Positions 15,561-23,562 of a DNA stretch of 55,608 nt are shown here, one piece after another. A program made the translations under genes and the position numbers. The notes below the pieces were generated by a model. The model worked only from the letters and a program-made list of their open reading frames with translations. It was not told the DNA's origin and made no database searches. The number at the start of each line of letters is the position of its first letter. The first letter of the stretch is position 1. This DNA comes from Candidatus Wolfebacteria bacterium GW2011_GWE2_44_13 (GTDB taxonomy: Bacteria; Patescibacteriota; Minisyncoccia; UBA6257; UBA9933): assembly GCA_001000675.1 (NCBI GenBank), contig LCHW01000001.1, positions 160,686-216,293 of the forward strand, in the 5' to 3' direction.

Positions 15561-15815
15561 GTGAGAAACAGAAAGCCACTCATAGTTCTTATCCTGGAGC
15601 GCATCGCCCTAAAGGCTCGGTGTGAATGTTCGACGCAAATTTTCGCCGAATTGTGTGACGACCTATTGTCGGCCGAAGAATTGACTGACGGGACTATTCG
15701 AGCCGATGCGGTTATACGGCTTGAGCGCATGATTAGTGAACTCAATCACCCGAGTGAGCAGATTGCAAAGACCCATTTGGAAAAAATCCGAAGGGAGATT
15801 GTCGATTTTTCGTAA
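15561..15815 (+). CDS. single-repeat member (paralog 3) of the same family
   Basis: GTG start with SD GGAGGA at 15551-15556. 84 aa: LILERIALKARCECST ... IRLERMISELNHPSEQIAKTHLEKI matches one repeat unit of paralogs 1 and 2. Confidence 0.6.
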   Translation: MRNRKPLIVLILERIALKARCECSTQIFAELCDDLLSAEELTDGTIRADAVIRLERMISELNHPSEQIAKTHLEKIRREIVDFS

Positions 15816-15836
15816 AAACCGCGCATTCTTGCGGAA

Positions 15837-15863
15837 AGCCCCTATCCTAGGGGCTTTTGTTTT
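15837..15863 (+). terminator. terminator of paralog 3
   Basis: AGCCCCT-ATCCT-AGGGGCT, then TTTGTTTT. Confidence 0.75.
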
Positions 15864-15891
15864 CGGACTTTATTCTTTGGGGCGGATGCAC

Positions 15892-15897
15892 TATACT
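15892..15897 (+). promoter_or_regulatory. -10 box placed for a leaderless parA mRNA
   Basis: TATACT, 6 nt (AAGCGC), then ATG at 15904. Confidence 0.4.
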
Positions 15898-15903
15898 AAG
15901 CGC

Positions 15904-16917
15904 ATGAGCAGGGTTATTGCGGTGTACAACCAGAAGGGGGGAGTTGCTAAAACGACGACGTGCGTTAACTTGTCCGCTTATTTAGCCTTAGAAGGAAAGA
16001 AGGTTTTGTTAATCGATTTTGATCCACAAGCCAATGCGAGCTCTGGACTCGGACACCCTGCAAAATTGAATGAAGGAAGTATCTATCACGGACTATTTGG
16101 CCTTGCTGAACCGGAGGCGCTTACAAAGCCGACTATTTTTTATAACTTCCATCTTATTCCATCGAGTCAGCATCTTGCGGGAGCGCTTATTGAATTAGTG
16201 AATATTCCTGAACGGGAATATAAGTTAAAACAGTTTATCGACAAGGTGCGTGATAAATATGATTATATTTTTATCGATATGCCGCCTTCTTTGAGTTTGC
16301 TCACAATCAATGGGCTTGTTGCTGCTGATGAAATTGTTATCCCTGTACAGAGCCATTACTTTAGTATGGAAGGGCTAAGCCAGTTACTTGAAATCATTGA
16401 ATTGGTCCATAAAAATATTTCAGAAAAGGGGTTAAAGATTGCAGGGGCGGTAATGACAATGTTCGATGAAAATGAACCGCTGTCCCATAAAATCGCTGAT
16501 GATATTGCAACTAATTTTCCGCATACTATTTTTAAAACACGCATCCCGCGATCCGCTGCACTTTCTGAGGCGCCGAGCTATGGACGTCCTGTTATTTTGC
16601 ATGATCCAAATTCTACCGGAGCACGTGCGTATGAACACCTTGCAAAAGAATTGATTGCGCAGGAAACAACGAGACAATTTCAAATGCCAAGCCAGATGAT
16701 GTCTGCGGCGCAAGCGGTACATAATGTGACTAGCGAGCAAGTACATCCATTACCAAACGAAGCCGATATTCTTATCGATATCAAAGTACCCACTCCACAG
16801 CCAGCTGCTCAACCGCAACCAGTAGCTAGTGGAGAAGAACCCGTTCGGCAAGCTCCCTTCGGCTCCGCTCAGGACAAGCAGGAAGAACCAATACACGACG
16901 ACGCTTTTTATTTTTAA
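15904..16917 (+). CDS. parA: ParA/Soj chromosome-partitioning ATPase with ~85-aa Pro/Gln-rich C-terminal extension
   Basis: MSRVIAVYNQKGGVAKTTT deviant Walker A, and DYIFIDMPPSL. The track ORF start 15736 overlaps the upstream gene and its terminator. ATG 15886 is an alternative start. Confidence 0.9.
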   Translation: MSRVIAVYNQKGGVAKTTTCVNLSAYLALEGKKVLLIDFDPQANASSGLGHPAKLNEGSIYHGLFGLAEPEALTKPTIFYNFHLIPSSQHLAGALIELVNIPEREYKLKQFIDKVRDKYDYIFIDMPPSLSLLTINGLVAADEIVIPVQSHYFSMEGLSQLLEIIELVHKNISEKGLKIAGAVMTMFDENEPLSHKIADDIATNFPHTIFKTRIPRSAALSEAPSYGRPVILHDPNSTGARAYEHLAKELIAQETTRQFQMPSQMMSAAQAVHNVTSEQVHPLPNEADILIDIKVPTPQPAAQPQPVASGEEPVRQAPFGSAQDKQEEPIHDDAFYF

Positions 16918-16920
16918 ACT

Positions 16921-18213
16921 ATGATAGGACACGGACTTAACTCATTGATACCGCCACGCGAGCCGCAAAAGCCAGCACCGGCAGAACCACAGACGGTTAA
17001 TCAGGCGCAGCAAGCGCCTATTCAACCTGTACCGCAAGCGCCTTCGGTTGTTGAGGTAATTCATGTAGATCGCGAACAACTGCGTGGCGATGAGCATTCA
17101 GAAATTGTTATTAAATCGATTAATGAAGCGACAGAGCATCCTCATGTTGTAGGTATTCAAGTTACTCCCGAAGAGCGTGAAGCGTTTTTACAAGAAGAAC
17201 GACGTGCGAATATTGTTGTTGATTCTGCGTATGACGTTGAGCAGCCTGATGTTGCTAGTATTGCTATATCGAGCCAGGATAGGGCTGACATTGCGCGTGA
17301 CGTCGCATATCATTCATTTGTGCATGATGAAGCAGAACTTGCTGCAACAAAGCGTGCCGTTGGGTTCTCGAAAAAGACAGCATTGCATGATGCCATTTTT
17401 CATATTGAAGTAGAAAAAATTAAACCAAATCCGTATCAGCCACGTAAGCATTTTGATGAAGATGCACTACGCGACCTTGCGCATTCTATTCGTGAATTCG
17501 GTATTTTGCAGCCACTCGTTGTTTCGAAAATAGAGACCGAATCGGAAAGTGGGACAAAAGTAGAATATCAGCTTATTGCAGGCGAGCGTCGATTAATGGC
17601 GTCAAAGCGTGCGGGGTTAGAGCGTGTGCCGGTTATTATCCGTCAGGCTGCGGAACGTGCTGAACAACTTGAACTTGCGATTATTGAAAACTTACAACGC
17701 GAAGATCTTGATACTATCGAAATGGCGCGTTCGTATGCGCGACTGCAGGATGAATTTGGTATGACGCAGCGTGAAATTGCTGCTCGCCTTGGGAAGAGCC
17801 GTGAAGTAATCGGTAACGCGTTGCGTTTGTTGAGTTTGCCAGTAGAGATTCAAGATTCGTTGTCCCACAATCAGATCAATGAGAGCCAAGCGCGATTGCT
17901 ATTGTCTATTCCTAATGTAACCGTACAAAAGCAACTGTTCGGAGACTTGCTTGCAAAAAGTTTCAGTGTGCGTGAGTTAAAGGCGAAGATTAAAAATATT
18001 CACAACCCACCGGAGATGCGGGAGCGTCCGACGTTTGGCGGACAGCAACAGACTGAAGATGCGGAAACGCGTGATCTACAGGGGAGGCTAAAAGATGTGC
18101 TAGGTACTGATGTAAAAATTGAACGTCGCGGAGAAAGTGGAAAAATTATCATCAACTTCTATTCTCCAGAAGAATTGTATGGAGTTGTGCGAAAGATAAA
18201 CCCGAGGGATTGA
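16921..18213 (+). CDS. parB: ParB/Spo0J with ~165-aa low-complexity N-terminal extension
   Basis: Carries KPNPYQPRKHFDEDALRDLAHSIREFGILQPLVV, LIAGERRLMASKRAGL (GERR box), and an HTH at MTQREIAARLGKSREVIGNALRLL. Confidence 0.9.
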   Translation: MIGHGLNSLIPPREPQKPAPAEPQTVNQAQQAPIQPVPQAPSVVEVIHVDREQLRGDEHSEIVIKSINEATEHPHVVGIQVTPEEREAFLQEERRANIVVDSAYDVEQPDVASIAISSQDRADIARDVAYHSFVHDEAELAATKRAVGFSKKTALHDAIFHIEVEKIKPNPYQPRKHFDEDALRDLAHSIREFGILQPLVVSKIETESESGTKVEYQLIAGERRLMASKRAGLERVPVIIRQAAERAEQLELAIIENLQREDLDTIEMARSYARLQDEFGMTQREIAARLGKSREVIGNALRLLSLPVEIQDSLSHNQINESQARLLLSIPNVTVQKQLFGDLLAKSFSVRELKAKIKNIHNPPEMRERPTFGGQQQTEDAETRDLQGRLKDVLGTDVKIERRGESGKIIINFYSPEELYGVVRKINPRD

Positions 18214-18299
18214 GGCTATTAGCAGTGATGTTTGTCGGGGGGGGTATTATGAGACACCTTAAATACTTAAATTAAAATTCGATTTATATATAGGTTTAA

Positions 18300-18308
18300 T
18301 GGTATTAT
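18300..18308 (+). promoter_or_regulatory. extended -10 placed for a leaderless transcript of the AT-rich cassette
   Basis: TGgTATTAT, 6 nt (AATTGC), then ATG at 18315. Confidence 0.4.
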
Positions 18309-18314
18309 AATTGC

Positions 18315-19058
18315 ATGGAACAAGTTAAATATTTAAAATCTCCTATTCGCGAAGCCATTTTCGATGTAAGGCTTAAATTTAGTAAACAACCTGAAATGAG
18401 CGTTTTTGAGGAGATTTATGAACAGATAAAATTGGAATACCCAACAAAACAGCTTATCACTAGGCGTTCGGTATCTTTGGAAGTAAGCGGAGAAGAATCT
18501 CCTAAAGTTAACTCCGGCCAAGAGCCTTGGGGAGTACGTTTTATATCGCAAGATGGAACTAAAGTTGCGCAATTTCGCCTAGATGGCTTTACTTTTAGTA
18601 AATTAAAGCCATATGATAGTTGGGAATCTTTTTTTGAGGAGGCAGAAAAAATATTCGATGCGTATCTTAGGGAATATAAACCCGATTATATTGAGAGGAT
18701 TGCATTAAGATATATTAATGCAATAGAGATACCAGAGAGTAGTTTTGAGATTGAAGAATATTTCGCTACTAGTCCAAAGATATCCATTAGTATCCCCCAA
18801 ACTTTGCGGCAGTTTTTTCTCAGGGTAGTTATACAGGATGATGCAAGTGAGAGTATCGGAATAATAAATCAAACTATCGAGGGTAGTGATAGGCAAAATC
18901 AAACCACTATTGTTTTTGATATTGATGTATTTGAAGAAAACACTAGGATTGAGCCCAGAACGAATTCTTTTAAAGATAAAGTTCTGGCCTTAAAAGAATT
19001 TAGAACAAGAATTTTTGAAGGGAGTCTTACTGAGAAAACAAAATCATTATTTAAGTAA
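18315..19058 (+). CDS. uncharacterised protein resembling the TIGR04255 family
   Basis: 247 aa. The N-terminus YLKSPIREAIFDVRLKF resembles, from memory, the TIGR04255 signature (Y..aPl.Evv.e.rF). AT-rich codon usage. Confidence 0.6.
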   Translation: MEQVKYLKSPIREAIFDVRLKFSKQPEMSVFEEIYEQIKLEYPTKQLITRRSVSLEVSGEESPKVNSGQEPWGVRFISQDGTKVAQFRLDGFTFSKLKPYDSWESFFEEAEKIFDAYLREYKPDYIERIALRYINAIEIPESSFEIEEYFATSPKISISIPQTLRQFFLRVVIQDDASESIGIINQTIEGSDRQNQTTIVFDIDVFEENTRIEPRTNSFKDKVLALKEFRTRIFEGSLTEKTKSLFK

Positions 19059-19060
19059 CT

Positions 19061-19495
19061 ATGTTAACAGCAACTCCTCCAATTGAATATATTCATTTTC
19101 CTTTTCATGAAAATGAAACTATTGGGTTCGGCCCTGAGGCTGAGGAGGTAAGGAAAAATCTTTTCGAGGCCGCTATTCATATGGCTCACCCTATCTCTAG
19201 GCAGAGTAAAATGGAAAGATTTTCTATCTTATCTGATACTTGGGAGAATGATTCAAAGTATTCCTCTTCGGCTAATGATTTATTACGGAATCCTTCATAT
19301 TTAGAAATTATTTCTATGGGTAAGGATGCATTACCATTTATTTTTGAGGATCTTAGAAAATATCCAAGGCATTGGTTTGTCGCGCTAAGAATTATTACTG
19401 GCTTTGATCCCGTTCCTTATGATAAAAAAGGTAATGTTGCTGAAATGACCAGGATTTGGTTGATTTGGGCTAAACAAAATGGCTATATTTCCTAA
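19061..19495 (+). CDS. small hypothetical protein (helical), cassette gene 2
   Basis: 144-aa ORF starting 3 nt after gene 1 and overlapping gene 3 by 17 nt. Conserved-looking block HWFVALRIITGFDPVP ... WLIWAKQNGY. Confidence 0.6.
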   Translation: MLTATPPIEYIHFPFHENETIGFGPEAEEVRKNLFEAAIHMAHPISRQSKMERFSILSDTWENDSKYSSSANDLLRNPSYLEIISMGKDALPFIFEDLRKYPRHWFVALRIITGFDPVPYDKKGNVAEMTRIWLIWAKQNGYIS

Positions 19496-19934
19496 TCGCA
19501 TCCCTGATCTTGAGGTTATCTTTCCTAAATTGGCTTTTACTGATTATAAGGTGACGAGTCCTCGTGATCAAAATTATAATTGTATTGCTTGGGCTGCGGG
19601 CATAAATCAGCAGTGGTGGGAGCCAGATTTTATGGGACAATATTTTTGGCCAGCTGAGGTTCCTAGAATCTATACCTTAGATGCATATGTGCAAGCATAT
19701 TCTGTTTTGGGATATAAAATCTGCGATTCCTTTGATTATGAGCAAGGATTTGAAAAAATTGTTATATATGTGAATATGAGTAATGAGCCGACTCATGCGG
19801 CGAGGCAATTGCAGAGCGGAAAGTGGACTAGTAAATTAGGAAGAGAATATGATATAAGTCACGACTTTGAAAGTTTAAATGGAGATATTTACGGCATGCC
19901 TGCGGTTTGCATGAAAAGACCCTCAGTTGATTAA
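19479..19934 (+). CDS. putative papain-fold (NlpC/P60- or CHAP-like) Cys-His hydrolase, cassette gene 3
   Basis: 151 aa. YNCIAWAAG is the candidate nucleophile Cys. A later THAARQLQSGKWTSKLG...DISHD supplies candidate His and polar residues in Cys-then-His order. Confidence 0.5.
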   Translation: MAIFPNRIPDLEVIFPKLAFTDYKVTSPRDQNYNCIAWAAGINQQWWEPDFMGQYFWPAEVPRIYTLDAYVQAYSVLGYKICDSFDYEQGFEKIVIYVNMSNEPTHAARQLQSGKWTSKLGREYDISHDFESLNGDIYGMPAVCMKRPSVD

Positions 19935-19950
19935 AATTTGAGTATTACTT

Positions 19951-20541
19951 ATGAGCGTTTTCTACCGCACAATTGAAGAAATGATCGAAATGATCCCCGA
20001 GCCGAATCGGGGAGTTTGTGTGCGAATTCTTGCGGATAATCGAATATTATTTCAGACCGTACAAGGAGCGAGCCATAACCACCAGGCATGGCCAGGAGGA
20101 TATTTTGATCATGTGCAAGAAACGATGAATATTGCAATCGTTTTATATGAAACACTGCATACATTGCGACCGTTACATTTTACACTCGCAGACGCGTTGC
20201 TAGTCAATTTTTTTCACGATATTGAGAAGCCATGGAAATATGAGATGGGTGAGAATGGGGAGTTGTATTATCGGGAGGAACTAAAAGATAAAATGGCACA
20301 ACGTATTTTTCGCACACAGAAGTTGCACGAATACGGCATTCAGCTAACCGAAGAACAGGACAACGCTATACGATATATAGAAGGAGAGTTTGACGACTAC
20401 ACTAATGAGCGACGCGTGATGGGGCCCTTGGCTGCATTTTGTCATATGTGTGATGTGGCGAGTGCACGTATTTGGTTTGATCATCCGCGAGCACATCACG
20501 ATCCTCTTCATGGAGCGGAACGAATGCGAGATATTATATAA
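19951..20541 (+). CDS. HD-domain metal-dependent phosphohydrolase
   Basis: 196 aa. H...HD pattern: GYFDHVQET then NFFHDIEKPW. Confidence 0.65.
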   Translation: MSVFYRTIEEMIEMIPEPNRGVCVRILADNRILFQTVQGASHNHQAWPGGYFDHVQETMNIAIVLYETLHTLRPLHFTLADALLVNFFHDIEKPWKYEMGENGELYYREELKDKMAQRIFRTQKLHEYGIQLTEEQDNAIRYIEGEFDDYTNERRVMGPLAAFCHMCDVASARIWFDHPRAHHDPLHGAERMRDII

Positions 20542-20574
20542 ATATAATCTTAATTCTTTTGACCGATTTGTATT

Positions 20575-21159
20575 ATGAAACAGCATAAAGGAAAAAGATT
20601 ATATATAACAGGCATTCCTACTGCGGGGAAATCGTACCTTGCACAGAAGCTTGCAGAAGAGGTCGGTGGTATTGCAGTATCTCTGGATGATTTTCGCGAA
20701 GCGCTTGTATTTGATGAACGCTATAAAAAATGGGTTGAATTTTATTTAGATCAAGACGAAGAGTTATATCTTAAGACAACAAGCCCAGAGCAGATGTGGG
20801 CAAATCTTGTTGCGCAGTCCGAGGCAGTGTGGCCTGCCTTTATGGAACAAATTAATTCCTATGCAGATGAAGAATCGCCGGTTATTTTCGAATGCGTAAA
20901 TATTCTTCCTCATCTTGCACATAAGGACCTTTCGTTTCCCGGTGTTTGTATGATTGGAGCATCATACGAAGAAATACTTGCGCGCAATATTGAAGAGCCG
21001 CGATGGGGAGATACAAAAGAGTTGCAAGAACAAGAGGCGAAAATGACTTTTACTATTGAACGACCCTACTATAAAAGTGAAGCAGAAAAATACGGAATTC
21101 CCGTTTTTGATAATTTTGACGAAGCATTAAAGACGGCGCTTGTATTGCTGAGTAAATAA
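20575..21159 (+). CDS. P-loop NTPase/kinase-like protein
   Basis: 194 aa with Walker A ITGIPTAGKSYLA near the N-terminus. Small kinase-like size. Confidence 0.65.
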   Translation: MKQHKGKRLYITGIPTAGKSYLAQKLAEEVGGIAVSLDDFREALVFDERYKKWVEFYLDQDEELYLKTTSPEQMWANLVAQSEAVWPAFMEQINSYADEESPVIFECVNILPHLAHKDLSFPGVCMIGASYEEILARNIEEPRWGDTKELQEQEAKMTFTIERPYYKSEAEKYGIPVFDNFDEALKTALVLLSK

Positions 21160-21229
21160 AGCCTTTCCTTGCAAAATTTCTGTTTTGCGAGGGATGGAAT
21201 AGTATTATCAGACGGGAATGGGTTAAAAG

Positions 21230-21238
21230 TGATATACT
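21230..21238 (+). promoter_or_regulatory. extended -10 placed for a leaderless polX mRNA
   Basis: TGaTATACT, 6 nt (ATAGGT), then ATG at 21245. Confidence 0.45.
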
Positions 21239-21244
21239 ATAGGT

Positions 21245-22990
21245 ATGAGGATTACCAACGCGGAGATTGCAGCCATATTAGGTGAAATAGCAGAATATCT
21301 TGAAATGGACGATGTGCCATTTAAGCCGCGTGCCTATCAAAAGGTTGCGGATGTTATCGGCTCGCTCGAAGAAGAAGTCGTCGAGATTTATAAAAAAGGT
21401 GGATTGAAGGCAATCGAAAAGATTCCGGGTGTTGGCGTTTCTATTGCAGAAAAAATTGAAGAATATATAAAAACAGGGCGCATACAGCATTACGAAGAAT
21501 TAAAGAAAAAGATTCCTGTAGATTTGCGCACCTTGTCTGCGGTGGAAGGGCTTGGTCCAAAGAAAATTAAAAAGTTGTATTGGGAATTGGATATAAAAAC
21601 ACTTGCCGATCTAGAGCAAGCGGCTCTTTCTGGCGCACTAAATAAGGTTGACGGGTTTGGTCCAAAATCCACGGAAAATATTATAAAAGGAATCGAGTTT
21701 GTTAAGACATCTGGTGGGCGGCTTGTGCTTGGAAATGTATTCCCTGCAATCGCACACATTAAATCAGAACTCGAAGGCATTAAGGGAGTTGAGAAGGTTT
21801 CTATCGTTGGCTCAGCACGACGTAAAAAAGAAACCGTGGGAGATTTCGATCTGCTTGTTGTTGCGAAAGATGCGCAACCTGTTATGGATTTCTTTGTAAA
21901 GATGCGCGAAGTTATACGCGTACATGCCCATGGAGCTACAAAATCATCCGTGCGTATTAAGAGTGGCATTGATGTTGATATTCGCGTTGTTTCAAAAGAA
22001 TCCTATGGCGCTGCGTTGGTTTATTTTACTGGGTCAAAAGCACATAATGTTTTACTGCGACAATTGGCTATTAAAAAGGGATTAAAGTTGAATGAATATG
22101 GTTTGTTTAGAATGAAAGGAGGGAAGGAAGAGAAAATGGTCGCAGGAGATACGGAAGAAGGAATTTATAATACATTAGGGTTGGAATATATAGAGCCGGA
22201 GATGCGGGAGGATGTCGGTGAAATGGAACTCGCACAAAATCATAAACTACCCTCACTTATCCAATACGATGCTATTAAGGGCGATTTGCAAATCCAAACA
22301 AATTGGAGTGATGGCGCAAATACCATTGAAGAATATGTCGACGCAGCTATGCGTCTTGGATTGGAATACATCGTTATAACTGACCATACAAAACGATTAA
22401 CCGTTGCTAACGGGCTGGATGAAACTCGATTATTGGAGCAGATGAAAGTAATTGATGGTGTTAATGCAAAATTAAAGAAAGAAGGGAAGAAATTCACCGT
22501 TCTTAAAGGAAGCGAAGTAGATATCTTAAAAGATGGAACACTTGATATCGCTGATGAGGTACTGAAACAGCTTGATGTTGTGGGAGCTTCAGTGCATTCG
22601 TATTTTAATTTATCGCGCGAAGCGCAGACAAAACGCATTATTGCGGCGATGGAAAATCCCCATGTGGATATTATTTTTCATCCAACGGGGCGGGTTATTA
22701 ATCGACGTCCTGCATATGACATTGATATAGATGCGATTATTGATGCAGCAAAGCGAACAAAGACCGTGCTTGAGATCAATGCATTTCCTGATCGACTTGA
22801 TCTAAAAGATGAGTATGTACGTAAGTGTATAAAAGCAGGAGTGAAATTATCTATTGATACCGATGCACATGCTGTCGCGCACCTGCCATTTCTTGTGTGG
22901 GGGATAGGGCAAGCGCGGAGGGGCTGGGCTGAGACAAGTGATATTATCAATGCATGGCCTGTTGAGAAAATGAAGAAAATGTTAAAATAA
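21245..22990 (+). CDS. polX: family X DNA polymerase with C-terminal PHP domain
   Basis: 581 aa. N-terminus ITNAEIAAILGEIAEYLEM..VPFKPRAYQKVA, HhH motifs (IPGVGVSIAEKI, VEGLGPKKIKKL), GSARRKKETVGDFDLLV, and PHP histidines (ITDHT..., SVHS, FHPTG, DTDAH). Confidence 0.92.
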   Translation: MRITNAEIAAILGEIAEYLEMDDVPFKPRAYQKVADVIGSLEEEVVEIYKKGGLKAIEKIPGVGVSIAEKIEEYIKTGRIQHYEELKKKIPVDLRTLSAVEGLGPKKIKKLYWELDIKTLADLEQAALSGALNKVDGFGPKSTENIIKGIEFVKTSGGRLVLGNVFPAIAHIKSELEGIKGVEKVSIVGSARRKKETVGDFDLLVVAKDAQPVMDFFVKMREVIRVHAHGATKSSVRIKSGIDVDIRVVSKESYGAALVYFTGSKAHNVLLRQLAIKKGLKLNEYGLFRMKGGKEEKMVAGDTEEGIYNTLGLEYIEPEMREDVGEMELAQNHKLPSLIQYDAIKGDLQIQTNWSDGANTIEEYVDAAMRLGLEYIVITDHTKRLTVANGLDETRLLEQMKVIDGVNAKLKKEGKKFTVLKGSEVDILKDGTLDIADEVLKQLDVVGASVHSYFNLSREAQTKRIIAAMENPHVDIIFHPTGRVINRRPAYDIDIDAIIDAAKRTKTVLEINAFPDRLDLKDEYVRKCIKAGVKLSIDTDAHAVAHLPFLVWGIGQARRGWAETSDIINAWPVEKMKKMLK

Positions 22991-23015
22991 AGGCATTAAT
23001 TTAAAATTTATTTTT

Positions 23016-23492
23016 ATGGAGGGAAAAAAAGTTTTTAAAACCGTTTTAATACTATTAGCCTTTGTATTCAGTATTTTAATTGGGCTGGGCATTTATTTTT
23101 TGAATAAAGCCGATGTATCTAGTATCGAGGGTATTTCTGCGGAAGAGGTTCAATCCTTAAACATGGAACAGGTAATAGATTGTGGTTCAGTGGTATCCCC
23201 AGAAACCATTGATTGCAGCGAGAAAAATTTAAAAACTTGCTCTCCCGCAAAAGGAATTATTACACGATATAGTTCTGATGTGGAATTAGAACTTATTGTT
23301 GATGGTTATAATAAGGATAATCTGTGTTCTTACCGCGTTACCGCTCTGCCTTTTCTTGAAGTCGGCGGGATGTATATCAACTGTCTTGTTCCTAGGGCTG
23401 AATTTTCTCAGGTTGTGCAATCTGAGGGTGGTATAAGTAATGTATATTGCCAGGGTACGTTGATTGATTTTATGAACAAAAAAGAGAAGTAA
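23016..23492 (+). CDS. membrane-anchored Cys-rich extracytoplasmic protein (paralog a)
   Basis: 158 aa with an N-terminal TM. Its Cys pattern (DCGS..DCSEKNLKTCSPAKGI...CSYR...INCLVP...YCQGTLIDF) is shared with the next gene. Confidence 0.65.
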   Translation: MEGKKVFKTVLILLAFVFSILIGLGIYFLNKADVSSIEGISAEEVQSLNMEQVIDCGSVVSPETIDCSEKNLKTCSPAKGIITRYSSDVELELIVDGYNKDNLCSYRVTALPFLEVGGMYINCLVPRAEFSQVVQSEGGISNVYCQGTLIDFMNKKEK

Positions 23493-23562
23493 GAGGTGCT
23501 TTTGAATCTAGTAACGTTTAAGGTATGGGAAAAATGCTTAACATAATGCTAAAATAAAAAAC

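Noticed and set aside
14829-15863. Three near-identical short palindromes (ATGCCCCT..AGGGGCAT) spaced ~630 and ~375 nt apart; considered as a CRISPR-like or repeat array
   Set aside because: Each is followed by a U-run and sits right after a stop codon, so they are duplicated terminators of the paralog modules. The spacing is irregular and gene-sized. No CRISPR array or cas genes occur anywhere in the window.
15736-15903. N-terminal 56 codons of the track ORF for ParA
   Set aside because: This part overlaps the 3' end of the upstream paralog gene and its terminator hairpin (15837-15863). ParA homology begins at MSRVIAVYNQKGG, and a -10 box sits 6 nt before ATG 15904.
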